A stretch of DNA of 64,000 nt from assembly GCF_055900595.2 (NCBI RefSeq), contig NZ_CM148325.1; one strand, given 5' to 3'. Under the pieces are notes generated by a model. The model was given only the letters and a program-made list of their open reading frames with translations. It searched no databases and was not told the DNA's origin. The translations under genes were made by a program, and so were the position numbers. Shown here piece by piece: positions 23,233-34,038 of this stretch (position 1 is the first letter of the stretch; each line of letters opens with the position of its first letter).

Positions 23233-24771
23233 ATGACCAATAATCCCCCTTCAGCACAGATTAAGCCCGGCGAGTATGGTTTCCCCCTCAAGTTAAAAGC
23301 CCGCTACGACAACTTTATTGGCGGCGAATGGGTAGCCCCTGCCGACGGCGAGTATTACCAGAACCTGACGCCGGTGACCGGGCAGCTACTGTGCGAAGTG
23401 GCGTCTTCGGGCAAACGAGACATCGATCTGGCGCTGGATGCTGCGCATAAAGTGAAAGATAAATGGGCGCATACTTCGGTGCAGGATCGCGCGGCGATTC
23501 TGTTTAAGATTGCCGATCGAATGGAGCAGAACCTCGAACTTTTAGCGACGGCTGAAACCTGGGATAACGGCAAACCCATTCGCGAAACCAGTGCTGCTGA
23601 TGTACCGCTGGCGATTGACCACTTCCGCTATTTCGCCTCGTGTATTCGGGCGCAGGAAGGCGGTATTAGCGAAGTGGATAGCGAAACCGTGGCTTATCAC
23701 TTCCACGAACCGTTAGGCGTGGTGGGGCAGATTATCCCGTGGAACTTCCCGCTGTTGATGGCGAGCTGGAAAATGGCTCCCGCGCTGGCGGCGGGCAACT
23801 GTGTGGTGCTGAAACCCGCACGTCTTACCCCGCTTTCTGTACTGCTGCTAATGGAAATCGTTGGTGATTTACTGCCGCCGGGCGTGGTGAACGTGGTTAA
23901 CGGTGCTGGTGGGGAAATTGGCGAATATCTGGCGACCTCGAAACGCATCGCTAAAGTGGCGTTTACCGGCTCAACGGAAGTGGGCCAACAAATTATGCAA
24001 TACGCTACGCAAAACATTATTCCGGTGACGCTGGAGCTGGGCGGCAAATCGCCAAATATCTTCTTTGCTGATGTGATGGATGAAGAAGATGCCTTTTTCG
24101 ATAAAGCGCTGGAAGGCTTTGCACTGTTTGCCTTTAACCAGGGCGAAGTTTGCACCTGTCCAAGCCGTGCTTTAGTGCAGGAGTCTATCTACGAACGCTT
24201 TATGGAACGCGCCATCCGCCGTGTCGAAAGCATTCGTAGCGGTAACCCGCTCGACAGCGTGACGCAAATGGGCGCGCAGGTTTCTCACGGGCAATTGGAA
24301 ACCATCCTTAACTACATTGATATCGGTAAAAAAGAGGGCGCAGACGTGCTCACCGGTGGGCGGCGCAAGCTGCTGGAAGGCGAACTGAAAGACGGCTACT
24401 ACCTCGAACCGACGATTCTGTTTGGTCAGAACAATATGCGCGTGTTCCAGGAAGAAATTTTTGGTCCGGTGCTGGCGGTAACCACCTTCAAAACGATGGA
24501 TGAGGCGCTGGAGCTGGCGAACGACACGCAATATGGTCTGGGGGCTGGTGTCTGGAGCCGCAACGGTAATCTGGCCTATAAGATGGGGCGCGGCATTCAG
24601 GCCGGGCGAGTGTGGACCAACTGTTATCACGCTTACCCGGCACATGCGGCGTTTGGTGGCTATAAGCAGTCGGGTATCGGGCGCGAAACCCATAAGATGA
24701 TGCTTGAGCATTACCAGCAAACCAAGTGCCTGCTGGTGAGCTACTCAGATAAACCGTTGGGGCTGTTCTGA
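23233..24771 (+). CDS. aldB: Aldehyde dehydrogenase B
   Basis: ORF 23059..24771; start taken at [17 protein letters not shown] (512 aa) with SD aaggagacg upstream. Confidence 0.93.
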   Translation: MTNNPPSAQIKPGEYGFPLKLKARYDNFIGGEWVAPADGEYYQNLTPVTGQLLCEVASSGKRDIDLALDAAHKVKDKWAHTSVQDRAAILFKIADRMEQNLELLATAETWDNGKPIRETSAADVPLAIDHFRYFASCIRAQEGGISEVDSETVAYHFHEPLGVVGQIIPWNFPLLMASWKMAPALAAGNCVVLKPARLTPLSVLLLMEIVGDLLPPGVVNVVNGAGGEIGEYLATSKRIAKVAFTGSTEVGQQIMQYATQNIIPVTLELGGKSPNIFFADVMDEEDAFFDKALEGFALFAFNQGEVCTCPSRALVQESIYERFMERAIRRVESIRSGNPLDSVTQMGAQVSHGQLETILNYIDIGKKEGADVLTGGRRKLLEGELKDGYYLEPTILFGQNNMRVFQEEIFGPVLAVTTFKTMDEALELANDTQYGLGAGVWSRNGNLAYKMGRGIQAGRVWTNCYHAYPAHAAFGGYKQSGIGRETHKMMLEHYQQTKCLLVSYSDKPLGLF

Positions 24772-24783
24772 TGTAAGAAGCTG

Positions 24784-24830
24784 GTCGCATCGGGTATTCA
24801 TTGCCTGATGCGACGCTTTCGCGTTTTACC
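24784..24830 (+). terminator. REP-like hairpin and T-rich tail downstream of aldB
   Basis: gtcgcatc ... gatgcgac inverted repeat followed by gctttcgcgtttt. Confidence 0.55.
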
Positions 24831-25000
24831 AATTCAAATGTCTACGTCTTGAATGACTGAATATTGATTGAACTTAATTACGAGTCTCCTCGCATCTTTT
24901 CAACAAGTTACTGCACACCGTTATTCTTCTTCCGAACGGCATTCCTGAGTCAACTTTATCTCCCTGACGGCCCATATAAATCGCGCTATCGTGATTGTTA

Positions 25001-25031
25001 TTGCTAAGTGTGTGTGTATCGTGTGTATAAT
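25001..25031 (+). promoter_or_regulatory. Putative sigma70 promoter of hicAB with direct repeats
   Basis: -35 ttgcta (25001..25006) and -10 tataat (25026..25031); the direct repeat gtgtgtat x2 overlaps the -10 region. Confidence 0.5.
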
Positions 25032-25048
25032 CATGGAAGGGCAGGGAT

Positions 25049-25234
25049 GTGAAAAGTGCAGACGTGATCGCCATCCTGAAGCAGCATGGCTGGGAACATA
25101 TTCGAACCCGTGGTAGTCATCATCAGTTCCGCCACCCTGTCCATCCGGGTCTGGTGACGGTTCCGCACCCTAAAAAAGATATTAAGCCCGGTACGCTGGC
25201 GCAAATTGGGCGTCAGGCTGGTTTAACATTTTAA
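25049..25234 (+). CDS. hicA: HicA-family toxin (61 aa)
   Basis: GTG start; small basic protein with RGSHH and PHP-KDIKPGTL-I-RQAGL motifs; 16 bp upstream of the antitoxin gene. Confidence 0.8.
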   Translation: MKSADVIAILKQHGWEHIRTRGSHHQFRHPVHPGLVTVPHPKKDIKPGTLAQIGRQAGLTF

Positions 25235-25250
25235 AATTTCAGGAGGCAAT

Positions 25251-25661
25251 ATGTTTTATCCCGCCTATATCCACAGTGATCCTGACGGCAGCGCCAGCGG
25301 TTTTTTCCCTGATGTTCCAGGCTGTTATTTTGCTGGTGATACGCTGGACAACGCTTTCCAGGATGCGCGAAGTGCACTGGTCGCGCACTTCGAAACCTTA
25401 TGCGAGATGAATGAAGAGTTGCCGCTTCCAGGCTCTGTGGAAACACATCTGGTCCAGCGTGCGCAGGACTTTATTGGCGGGCAATGGTTGCTGGTGGATA
25501 TCAATATGAATCAGTTCGAAGGTCGGGCTGAACGTATCAATATTACGATGCCGAAAAGATTACTGAACAAGATTGATACCTACGTGCGCAATAACCCAGA
25601 CTACGCCAACAGAAGTGCGTTTCTGGCGGAAGCTGCCCGGCGTGTATTGCCGGGCGTTTAA
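25251..25661 (+). CDS. hicB: HicB-family antitoxin with C-terminal ribbon-helix-helix DNA-binding domain (136 aa)
   Basis: Strong SD aggagg 7 nt upstream; C-terminal RHH-like segment NRSAFLAEAARRVL. Confidence 0.8.
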   Translation: MFYPAYIHSDPDGSASGFFPDVPGCYFAGDTLDNAFQDARSALVAHFETLCEMNEELPLPGSVETHLVQRAQDFIGGQWLLVDINMNQFEGRAERINITMPKRLLNKIDTYVRNNPDYANRSAFLAEAARRVLPGV

Positions 25662-26041
25662 TCTCGCGTTTCGATGGTGAGCGGGCGGACCAGGCTGTAC
25701 AGCCACAGACCAAAACAAGCGATGGTGCCAATCACCACGGTGAGGAACACACTGACTGACAGGCCTGCAAGCAATCCCGCAGGCAGGGCCAGCAGGCCGT
25801 GGATCACGGTGTCGTTCCATCTCACCTGATCGTAGCCAAACATGCCTAAAACGCCGCAAACCAGACCGTAAATCACCATTGGTGTTCCGAGGCCAATCAG
25901 CAATAAACGGTAGATAATTGAAGGTTTAATACGCTTTATCTGTACTGTGGATGTTTTACTGGGGTTATTCATTAGTTTGGTCAATAGTTCCATTATTTCA
26001 ATATGATAAACCTCGACCTGTTGAAAAGCCAGGTAGCACAC
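25658..26041 (-). CDS. Small hydrophobic membrane protein of unknown function (about 111-127 aa)
   Basis: ORF with two or three predicted TM helices; start uncertain (GTG at 26041 or ATG at 25993); 3' end overlaps the hicB stop by 4 bp. Confidence 0.45.
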   Translation of the reverse strand: MCYLAFQQVEVYHIEIMELLTKLMNNPSKTSTVQIKRIKPSIIYRLLLIGLGTPMVIYGLVCGVLGMFGYDQVRWNDTVIHGLLALPAGLLAGLSVSVFLTVVIGTIACFGLWLYSLVRPLTIETRD

Positions 26042-26154
26042 TTCAGAAAGTATATAAAAAACAATATGTCGTTATATAAATAAGGAAATTGCACTGCATC
26101 ATGGCATTTCATAATATGCGTTAATTGTTCTTTTTTATATTCTCTGAGGGAAAT

Positions 26155-26478
26155 ATGTTCCTGGACTATTTTGCACTGGGAGTGCTTATTTTTGTATTTC
26201 TGGTGATATTCTATGGGATTATTATTTTACATGATATTCCCTACCTGATTGCTAAAAAACGTAATCATCCTCATGCCGACGCCATTCATGTTGCTGGTTG
26301 GGTGAGTCTTTTTACGCTGCATGTTATCTGGCCATTTTTGTGGATTTGGGCCACGCTTTACCGCCCGGAGCGGGGATGGGGAATGCAAAACCATGACTCC
26401 TCCGTTGTGCAACTACAACAGCGTATTGCCGGGCTGGAGAAACAGCTCGCCGACATCAAATCCTCTTCTGCCGAGTAA
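26155..26478 (+). CDS. yiaW: DUF3302-family small inner-membrane protein
   Basis: ORF 26125..26478; start taken at MFLDYFALG with SD gaggg upstream (107 aa); paralog of yibI. Confidence 0.85.
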   Translation: MFLDYFALGVLIFVFLVIFYGIIILHDIPYLIAKKRNHPHADAIHVAGWVSLFTLHVIWPFLWIWATLYRPERGWGMQNHDSSVVQLQQRIAGLEKQLADIKSSSAE

Positions 26479-26483
26479 TACTT

Positions 26484-27620
26484 ATGGATTTACTGATTAT
26501 TTTGACCTATGTGGCTTTCGCATGGGCAATGTTTAAGATCTTCAAAATTCCTGTAAATAAATGGACCATTCCCACCGCGGCCCTGGGTGGCATATTTATT
26601 GTCAGCGGTCTAATTCTGTTAATGAACTATAACCATCCGTATACCTTTAAAGCGCAAAAAGCGGTTATTTCTATTCCTGTTGTCCCGCAGGTGACAGGCG
26701 TGGTGATCGAAGTGACGGACAAGAAAAATACGCTGATTAAAAAAGGTGAGGTGCTATTTCGACTGGACCCGACGCGTTATCAGGCGCGGGTGGATCGGCT
26801 GATGGCGGATATCGTTACCGCAGAACATAAACAGCGGGCGTTGGGCGCAGAGTTAGATGAGATGGCGGCGAATACTCAGCAGGCAAAGGCCACGCGGGAT
26901 AAATTCGCTAAAGAGTACCAGCGTTACGCACGCGGCAGCCAGGCGAAAGTAAACCCGTTTTCAGAACGCGATATTGATGTGGCGCGGCAAAATTATCTGG
27001 CGCAGGAAGCCTCCGTAAAGTCATCGGCGGCGGAACAAAAACAGATCCAGAGCCAGCTGGATAGCCTGGTGTTGGGTGAACATTCTCAAATCGCCAGCCT
27101 GAAAGCGCAGCTCGCGGAAGCAAAATATAACCTTGAGCAGACGATAGTGCGTGCGCCGAGCGATGGTTATGTGACCCAAGTGCTGATTCGTCCGGGTACC
27201 TATGCCGCATCGCTGCCGCTACGTCCTGTGATGGTGTTTATACCCGATCAGAAACGACAAATTGTGGCGCAGTTCCGTCAGAACTCCTTGCTGCGACTGG
27301 CTCCCGGCGATGATGCGGAAGTGGTGTTTAATGCTCTGCCAGGTAAGGTATTCAGCGGTAAGCTGGCAGCCATTAGCCCAGCTGTTCCCGGCGGAGCTTA
27401 TCAGTCGACCGGCACCTTACAGACGTTAAACACAGCACCGGGTTCAGATGGCGTTATCGCGACCATTGAACTGGATGAGCACACTGAGTTGAGCGCTTTA
27501 CCAGACGGTATTTACGCCCAGGTGGCGGTTTACTCTGATCATTTCAGCCATGTCTCGGTGATGCGCAAAGTGCTGTTACGCATGACCAGTTGGGTGCATT
27601 ACCTTTATCTCGATCATTAA
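26484..27620 (+). CDS. yiaV: HlyD-family membrane-fusion protein
   Basis: 378-aa ORF; paralog of yibH; starts 5 bp after yiaW. Confidence 0.85.
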   Translation: MDLLIILTYVAFAWAMFKIFKIPVNKWTIPTAALGGIFIVSGLILLMNYNHPYTFKAQKAVISIPVVPQVTGVVIEVTDKKNTLIKKGEVLFRLDPTRYQARVDRLMADIVTAEHKQRALGAELDEMAANTQQAKATRDKFAKEYQRYARGSQAKVNPFSERDIDVARQNYLAQEASVKSSAAEQKQIQSQLDSLVLGEHSQIASLKAQLAEAKYNLEQTIVRAPSDGYVTQVLIRPGTYAASLPLRPVMVFIPDQKRQIVAQFRQNSLLRLAPGDDAEVVFNALPGKVFSGKLAAISPAVPGGAYQSTGTLQTLNTAPGSDGVIATIELDEHTELSALPDGIYAQVAVYSDHFSHVSVMRKVLLRMTSWVHYLYLDH

Positions 27621-28591
27621 TCTTCGCTTTCCGCCGCTTGTTCAGGCCGCAGTTGCTGCGACTGAGCAAGCTGGTGGCGAATTTCACGCAGCATTTCATC
27701 CAGCACATACTGGACCCGCCAGGGCTGGTATTCCCGTTTACGGAAGATAGCCACCAGATCCAGCCACCATTCATACGGTTGCTGAAAGCAGGGCACCAGC
27801 GTGCCGTCTTGCAGGTCGCTCTGCACACTTTTGTCTGGCGCAAACACAATCCCCAGGTGATTTCGTGCCAGCTCCAGCGCCGATTGCGTGTTGTCGCAAA
27901 CGTAATTTCCCTTCACGCGATAATCCCGCACCTCTTTACTCCCGGCGACGTTGAAGCGCCAGATATTCGCGTCGTCGATCATCATCGAGTCGATCAAAAT
28001 ACAGGAGTGATGTTCGAGTTCGTCAGGACGGCTAATGGGATGTTTCTCAAGATAGCGCTGACTGGCATAAGCGGTTACGGCATATTGCGTAATAAAACTG
28101 GCAACCAGCGATTCATCTTTTGGTGGAGCATAGCTGATTAAAACATCACAATCATCGGGAAATTCGACACCTTCATAAAAGGCATTACGCTCAAGATTGC
28201 AGGTTTTTAGCGATAAGGTGATATCACCGATATCTTTAATTTTATCGATAACATGTTTGGATAAATAGGTAATTATGCCGGTTGGGGCGTAGATGGTGAC
28301 CCGACCACGTTTCTCATGCTTATAATCTGCAATAAAATTATTAAGTTGCTCGTTTCTGTCCAGCATGTCGTTGATGTACGGTAACAGCGCGGTACCAAAA
28401 GGTGTGAGCATCAGCTGCCGGGTGGTTCGGTCAAAGACTTTTAAACCTACTTTTGATTCAAAATCAGCAAGATATTTGCTGACGTTGGCCTGTGCGAATC
28501 CAAGTACAGTCGCGGCATGGCTGATATTTTCACTGGCAGCGATTACCGAGATAATTTTTAACTCCCGGTACTTAAGTTGTAATTTTGTCAT
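27617..28591 (-). CDS. yiaU: LysR-family transcriptional regulator
   Basis: 324-aa ORF with N-terminal HTH; convergent with yiaV (4-bp overlap), divergent from yiaT. Confidence 0.85.
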   Translation of the reverse strand: MTKLQLKYRELKIISVIAASENISHAATVLGFAQANVSKYLADFESKVGLKVFDRTTRQLMLTPFGTALLPYINDMLDRNEQLNNFIADYKHEKRGRVTIYAPTGIITYLSKHVIDKIKDIGDITLSLKTCNLERNAFYEGVEFPDDCDVLISYAPPKDESLVASFITQYAVTAYASQRYLEKHPISRPDELEHHSCILIDSMMIDDANIWRFNVAGSKEVRDYRVKGNYVCDNTQSALELARNHLGIVFAPDKSVQSDLQDGTLVPCFQQPYEWWLDLVAIFRKREYQPWRVQYVLDEMLREIRHQLAQSQQLRPEQAAESED

Positions 28592-28714
28592 CGCAACAGC
28601 CCAATTATATATAATTTTATATATTACTATATAAATATGAATCTTGCACCGGAGAAATTGTAAGCATTATTATGCCGACTCTTTTTTATCTTATTTTAAA
28701 ATGGAATACCGGAC

Positions 28715-29455
28715 ATGTTAATTAACCGCAATATTGTAGCGTTATTTACGTTGCCTTTTATGGCAAGCGCTACTGCTTCTGAATTATCCATTGGTGCTGG
28801 TGCAGCTTATAATGAATCGCCTTATCGTGGTTATAATGAAAATACAAAGGCAATTCCGCTGATTAGTTATGAAGGTGATTCTTTTTATGTTCGTCAGACC
28901 ACGTTAGGTTTTATTCTGTCGCAAAGTGAAAAAAATGAACTTAGCCTGACCGCATCCTGGATGCCGCTGGAATTTGACCCTGCAGATAATGACGATCATG
29001 CCATGCAACAGCTTGATAAGCGTGATAGTACGGCTATGGCGGGGGTTGCCTGGTATCACCACGAGCGTTGGGGAACCGTGAAAGCCTCTGCGGCTGCGGA
29101 CGTTCTGGATAACAGCAACGGCTGGGTGGGGGAGCTATCGGTATTTCACAAAATGCAGATAGGTCGCCTGTCGCTGACACCTGCACTGGGCGTTCTCTAT
29201 TATGACGAGAATTTCAGTGACTATTACTATGGCATTTCAGAGAGTGAGTCCCGTCGTAGCGGTCTGGCAAGTTATTCCGCGCAGGATGCTTGGGTGCCCT
29301 ATGTCAGCCTGACGGCAAAATACCCGATAGGAGAGCACATCGTATTGATGGCGAGTGCCGGATACAGCGAGCTGCCGGAAGAGATTACCGACAGCCCGAT
29401 GATTGATCGTAATGAGAGTTTTACCTTTGTCACCGGCGTGAGCTGGCGTTTTTAA
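28715..29455 (+). CDS. yiaT: MipA/OmpV-family outer-membrane protein
   Basis: 246-aa ORF with signal peptide and a terminal aromatic residue (…VSWRF). Confidence 0.8.
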   Translation: MLINRNIVALFTLPFMASATASELSIGAGAAYNESPYRGYNENTKAIPLISYEGDSFYVRQTTLGFILSQSEKNELSLTASWMPLEFDPADNDDHAMQQLDKRDSTAMAGVAWYHHERWGTVKASAAADVLDNSNGWVGELSVFHKMQIGRLSLTPALGVLYYDENFSDYYYGISESESRRSGLASYSAQDAWVPYVSLTAKYPIGEHIVLMASAGYSELPEEITDSPMIDRNESFTFVTGVSWRF

Positions 29456-29469
29456 TTTACCGGTGGATG

Positions 29470-29600
29470 TCGGTGCGGCTGGCCTACGCTCTCGCACTGA
29501 CCTTCAGGCTTGATAAGACGCGTTAAGCGTCGCATCAGGCAATGTGCACCCTACGTTGGATGCGGCGCGAGCGCCTTATCCAACCTACGGATGGCAATGC
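29470..29600. repeat. REP element pair between yiaT and the GH127 gene
   Basis: gcctacgctctcgcactgaccttcaggcttgataagacgcgttaagcgtcgcatcaggca ... ggatgcggcgcgagcgccttatccaacctacgg. Confidence 0.7.
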
Positions 29601-31555
29601 TTTTCCTCATTCACCCAGATCCGCATTTCGCCTTCACCCCGGTTAGCCCAGCTAAACCACGGGATAAATGTCAGAGTTTGCGGCTGGCGTTTGGCTGGCG
29701 CGCTGTCGTAATGCCACAGCGGTTGCTGCTCTGGATAGCTCTGTTCATACCGGTAACCCGGTGCCTGGATTAAGATCTTATGGCTGAACAATCCCTTACC
29801 TTCAAATGTCGTAAATGGCGCATCGGTGGGCAGCCACAGATTATGCAGTGACTCGCCGTTGTCGGCCTGTTCCAGGCAATACACCAGCGGGCCGCGCTGA
29901 ATCGCCACTTTTCCGGCGACGTGACGCACCAGCGGGTTACCGTAAACGCGACGTACCGGCATTGGCAACGTCAGATTCAGCGTGTCGCCCTCCTGCCATT
30001 CGCGGGTAATGTGCAAATACCCTTTACGAATATCCTGCTCGACCTCTTCCCCATTCAATGTAATCTGCGGCTGTGTGCACCAGTCCGGCAGACGTAAAGC
30101 CAGCGTATGACGCACCGGCTGGGGCGATTCAACCGCAATTGTCACCTGTTCCTGCCACGGATAGTTTCCGCTAACCCGCAGACGCAGCGTGCCATTTTCT
30201 ACCGGCACTTCCATGCTGTTTCCTGCGTAGATGTTGATATACAACGCATCTTCACGCGGCGTGTAGAGATAATGACCAATCGAGGTTAGCACGCGGGCGA
30301 TATTTGGCGGACAACAAGCGCAACCAAACCAACGCTGGCGGATCGGCTTAACGTGATCGTAGATATGGTTGAATTTCAGCGATTTTGGATGTACTTCCAG
30401 CGGATTCACATAGAAGAAATGTTTGCCATCCAGCGCCATGCCGCCGAGCACGGTGTTGTACAGTGCGCGCTCCATCACATCGGCATATTGACTGTCGCCT
30501 TCCATTTCCAGCATTCGCCGGGCGAACATCATCAGGCCGATGGAAGCACAGCTTTCGGCGTATACCGTGTCATTCGGCAGATCGTAATCGCTGCTGAACG
30601 CTTCGCCGCTGCTTTGTGAGCCAATGCCGCCGGTAATATATAACTGACGCTGGGCCATATTGTTCCACAGCCGCAGGCAGTCCTGACGCTTGCTTTCATC
30701 GTGACTTAAACGCGCGAGATGCGCGACGCCGGTCATCAGGTAGACAAAACGTACCGCGTGACCAATGGCGGTTTGCTGCTGTGCGATGGGCAAATGTGCC
30801 TGGCTGTAGGCTTTGTCTTTCACCATCCACGCCGGGCCGTAGGTGTGCCAGTGCGAGGTCTGCCCGCGCTTTTCATATTCCTGGTCGTAATAGTGCGGTT
30901 GCGCACCACGCTGTTCGACAAAATAGTTCGTCAGCGCCAGGTAGCGCGGCTCTTCGGTCACTTCATACAGGCGCATTAGTGCCAGTTCAATTTCCGGGTG
31001 ACCAGGATAACCGTGTAACTTACTTTCACCTGGACCAAATACGCTGTCGATATGATCGGCCAGACGGCAAACCACTTCCAGCAAGCGCCGCTTGCCCGTG
31101 GCCTGGAAGAAGGCGACTCCGGCTTCAATCAGATGACCGGCGCAGTAAAGTTCATGACACTCCGCCAGATTGCTCCAGCGTTCTTTGGGCGCTTTTACCG
31201 TAAAGTAAGTATTGAGATAGCCATCTTCGCACTGGGCGGAAGCGACCAGTTCGATTACCTCGTCAGCAGTTTTTTCCAGTTCGGCATCCGGCTTCTGGCA
31301 CAGCGACCAGGCTACCGCTTCCAGCCATTTGGCGACGTCGCTGTCCTGAAACACCATCCCGTAAAATTCACCGTCTTGCAGTCCTGCGGCAATGCGAAAG
31401 TTTTCAATCGCATGGCTGGGTTCCGCTTCTGGGATACGATCGTTCAAGGCATCCCACTGATAAGGAATCACCACGTCGCGGACCAGTTGTTGGTACTGAC
31501 CGAGGAACGGATCGCTGACCGTCAGTTTATGCAGATCGACTTCCGAAATGTTCAT
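29585..31555 (-). CDS. Glycoside hydrolase family 127-like (DUF1680) protein, candidate beta-L-arabinofuranosidase (about 656 aa)
   Basis: ORF 29585..31603; start taken at MNISEVDL with SD aaggag 8 nt upstream; large soluble protein with Cys-rich C-terminal part (FGCACCPPN); family assignment from recalled family features. Confidence 0.7.
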   Translation of the reverse strand: MNISEVDLHKLTVSDPFLGQYQQLVRDVVIPYQWDALNDRIPEAEPSHAIENFRIAAGLQDGEFYGMVFQDSDVAKWLEAVAWSLCQKPDAELEKTADEVIELVASAQCEDGYLNTYFTVKAPKERWSNLAECHELYCAGHLIEAGVAFFQATGKRRLLEVVCRLADHIDSVFGPGESKLHGYPGHPEIELALMRLYEVTEEPRYLALTNYFVEQRGAQPHYYDQEYEKRGQTSHWHTYGPAWMVKDKAYSQAHLPIAQQQTAIGHAVRFVYLMTGVAHLARLSHDESKRQDCLRLWNNMAQRQLYITGGIGSQSSGEAFSSDYDLPNDTVYAESCASIGLMMFARRMLEMEGDSQYADVMERALYNTVLGGMALDGKHFFYVNPLEVHPKSLKFNHIYDHVKPIRQRWFGCACCPPNIARVLTSIGHYLYTPREDALYINIYAGNSMEVPVENGTLRLRVSGNYPWQEQVTIAVESPQPVRHTLALRLPDWCTQPQITLNGEEVEQDIRKGYLHITREWQEGDTLNLTLPMPVRRVYGNPLVRHVAGKVAIQRGPLVYCLEQADNGESLHNLWLPTDAPFTTFEGKGLFSHKILIQAPGYRYEQSYPEQQPLWHYDSAPAKRQPQTLTFIPWFSWANRGEGEMRIWVNEEKHCHP

Positions 31556-31565
31556 CTTGTGCTCC

Positions 31566-32966
31566 TTAAGGCTGTACATGACGCTGACGCAGGTCGCTAG
31601 CAATGCGTGACATCATAGGGTTATTGAGTTTGCAAAAGCGGATCGCCATCGCCAGCAGCAGGTGGAACAGCGCAGGCAGCAATGTTTCCATCGCCGCGAT
31701 CCCGCCAAGCGAACTGGCGGTCTGGTTTTCCACGCCTGGCTGGTAGGCGACAAAAATAAACAGCAGGCTGATGATCCCGGCGCTGGAGGCCCAGGCCAGC
31801 TTGATGAAAAACAGATTGAAGGCGAAGTTCATGCCGGAAGAACGTACGCGGGTTTTCCACTCGCCGTAGTCATCGGCAAAGGCCATCAATGAGAAGTGCA
31901 ATGGCAATGTGAAGCCAAGAATCACGCCATTACCAAGGATCACCGCCAGCCACAGCGTTTGATAAGCCGGGCCAGAAGGCAGGAACCACATCAACACCGC
32001 CAGCGCGGCGAGGAGCAGGTTGGTGTAGTAGTAAATTTTGACGGTATCGAAACGTCGCGTTAACGGGCTGACAATCACCGAGCCGATAATGGAGGCGAAG
32101 GTGACCATAGTGAAGAACAGCGACGTGTAGCCCGTACTGCCTTGTAAGACGTAGGTAATGAAGTACATATACCCACCGCCGCGAATATTAAAGACGTTAA
32201 TCAGCAGGAAAGACATGACCAGCATCAGCAGCAGTTGGTCGTTGTTTCGCAGCCCGGCAAGATGTTCGCGCAGGGTAAATTTCCCCATTGTGGAGAGTGG
32301 CACCCGTTCACGAACCCAGAAGAAACAGCACAGGAACATCACCACAGCGATGGCGCACAGCACGCCGACGCCCAGTTGATAGCCGCGCGCGGCATTACCC
32401 TGACCGAAGAGATCTACCATCCACGGCAAGCCAACCGAAACCAGAAATCCTGCCACGCCGCAGAGAACGAATCGCCAGGACTGGCAGGAGATCACTTCAT
32501 TGTGGCGGGTGGTCATGGTGTTGATCAGCGCGCAGTACGGCACGTTGATGGCGGTATAACCGACTGAAAGGAGCAGGTAAGTGCCGAACGCCCAGGCGAT
32601 TTTTACTCCCATGCTGGCATCTGGCACGGTGAACGTCAGGATGCCGATAATGCCGATGGGAATGGCAATCCACAACTGCCACGGACGAAAGCGCCCCCAG
32701 CGACTTTGCGTCCGGTCGGCAATGACGCCCATCACCGGGTCGGAGATGGCATCAAACACGCGCAGTGCAATAAACATCGTGCCGACCAGCGCCGGAGTTA
32801 AGCCAAAAACGTCGGTGTAGAAAAAGGTGAGAAAGTTCATGATCAGGCAAGTTATTACGGTGCCGCCTGCGTCACCCAGGCCGTAGCCTATTTTTTCCCG
32901 TACAGATAACGCATCGTCAATTTTACCTTTAGCGATATCAGCGGTAGTAATCGGTGTAGAGGTCAT
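31566..32966 (-). CDS. GPH-family (MelB-like) glycoside-pentoside-hexuronide:cation symporter
   Basis: 466-aa polytopic membrane protein with N-terminal [18 protein letters not shown]; its stop lies in the RBS of the downstream GH127 gene. Confidence 0.75.
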   Translation of the reverse strand: MTSTPITTADIAKGKIDDALSVREKIGYGLGDAGGTVITCLIMNFLTFFYTDVFGLTPALVGTMFIALRVFDAISDPVMGVIADRTQSRWGRFRPWQLWIAIPIGIIGILTFTVPDASMGVKIAWAFGTYLLLSVGYTAINVPYCALINTMTTRHNEVISCQSWRFVLCGVAGFLVSVGLPWMVDLFGQGNAARGYQLGVGVLCAIAVVMFLCCFFWVRERVPLSTMGKFTLREHLAGLRNNDQLLLMLVMSFLLINVFNIRGGGYMYFITYVLQGSTGYTSLFFTMVTFASIIGSVIVSPLTRRFDTVKIYYYTNLLLAALAVLMWFLPSGPAYQTLWLAVILGNGVILGFTLPLHFSLMAFADDYGEWKTRVRSSGMNFAFNLFFIKLAWASSAGIISLLFIFVAYQPGVENQTASSLGGIAAMETLLPALFHLLLAMAIRFCKLNNPMMSRIASDLRQRHVQP

Positions 32967-33191
32967 AGATATTCCTCGTGAATAGGGAGCAATTTTTAGT
33001 TTTATTGAAATGACATGATTAATTCTGCCGTGAACGGGAATATCAACAAGGCGAGAAAAGAGTAAAAAAAGGTGACGATTCCGACCTGAATTTAAAAGTG
33101 TGAATTGGATCAGGTGAAATTAATGTTTTTGATTAATAATCAAAAGGTAATGTGTTTAATCATTAATGAATAAGCGGGAAATTACATATCA

Positions 33192-34007
33192 ATGCTCGAA
33201 TTATCCATGACGTTACCGATTAAAGTGCAAAATGGTGGATTATTTATTTCCCGTGGCGTAGGGAGGCATCCGGCAAGGCGGCTGGAGTCATGGGAAATTA
33301 TCTTTGTCGAAAAAGGTCGATTAGCGATTCAGGAAGAAGAGCGGATATTTCTGGTCGATGCGGGAGAGAGTTTATTACTCTGGCCGAACCGACAGCATGT
33401 TGGGGTAGAGGATTTTCCCGCCGATCTCAAATTTTACTGGCTGCATTTTGAGGTTAAAGCGCCGGATAGCGACCCGCGCTGGCTCACTCATCTTAGCGTG
33501 CCGCAACAAACGAAGGTTGCCGATCCGCAGGCGCTGGTGGCCCTGTTTCGCCAGTTCTTAAGCGAACAGGAAAAGCATCAACGCACTCCGGCGCTGGAGT
33601 TTATTGTGCTGCTGATTTTGCAGCAACTCACCCGTGACGCGCGTCTTGATGAACAGGCCGATGCCGCAGGTACCACGCTTGCCTGGAAAGCGCAGAAACT
33701 GATCCGCACGCAATATCATCGCCCGCTTTCCACGGCGCTTTTAGCCCGCGAGCTGTACTGCAATGCCGATTATCTTGGGCGCGTCTATCGGCGGGTGTTT
33801 CATCTGACGCTTACAGAAGCAATCCACCGCCAGCGGGTGCGCGAAGCCGAAAAGCTGTTAATTAGCGACGCGCGCTCGCTCACGGAAGTGGCGGCGTTGT
33901 GCGGGTTTAATGACGTTGGCTATTTCCGACAGATTTTTCGCAAACACACCGGATTAACGCCAGCTGCGTGGAAGCGACGTTACAGCAAGGAACATATCAA
34001 TTCGTAG
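33192..34007 (+). CDS. AraC/XylS-family transcriptional regulator
   Basis: 271-aa ORF with a cupin-like N-terminal part and C-terminal HTH; divergent from the symporter gene; start may be 33207. Confidence 0.75.
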   Translation: MLELSMTLPIKVQNGGLFISRGVGRHPARRLESWEIIFVEKGRLAIQEEERIFLVDAGESLLLWPNRQHVGVEDFPADLKFYWLHFEVKAPDSDPRWLTHLSVPQQTKVADPQALVALFRQFLSEQEKHQRTPALEFIVLLILQQLTRDARLDEQADAAGTTLAWKAQKLIRTQYHRPLSTALLARELYCNADYLGRVYRRVFHLTLTEAIHRQRVREAEKLLISDARSLTEVAALCGFNDVGYFRQIFRKHTGLTPAAWKRRYSKEHINS

Positions 34008-34038
34008 TGTCGGGGCAATGAAGCCCCGGCGTGAGAGA

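Noticed and set aside
24874-25074. 66-aa minus-strand ORF between aldB and hicA
   Set aside because: Overlaps the predicted hicAB promoter and hicA start, has no RBS and gives a low-complexity translation; most likely noncoding.
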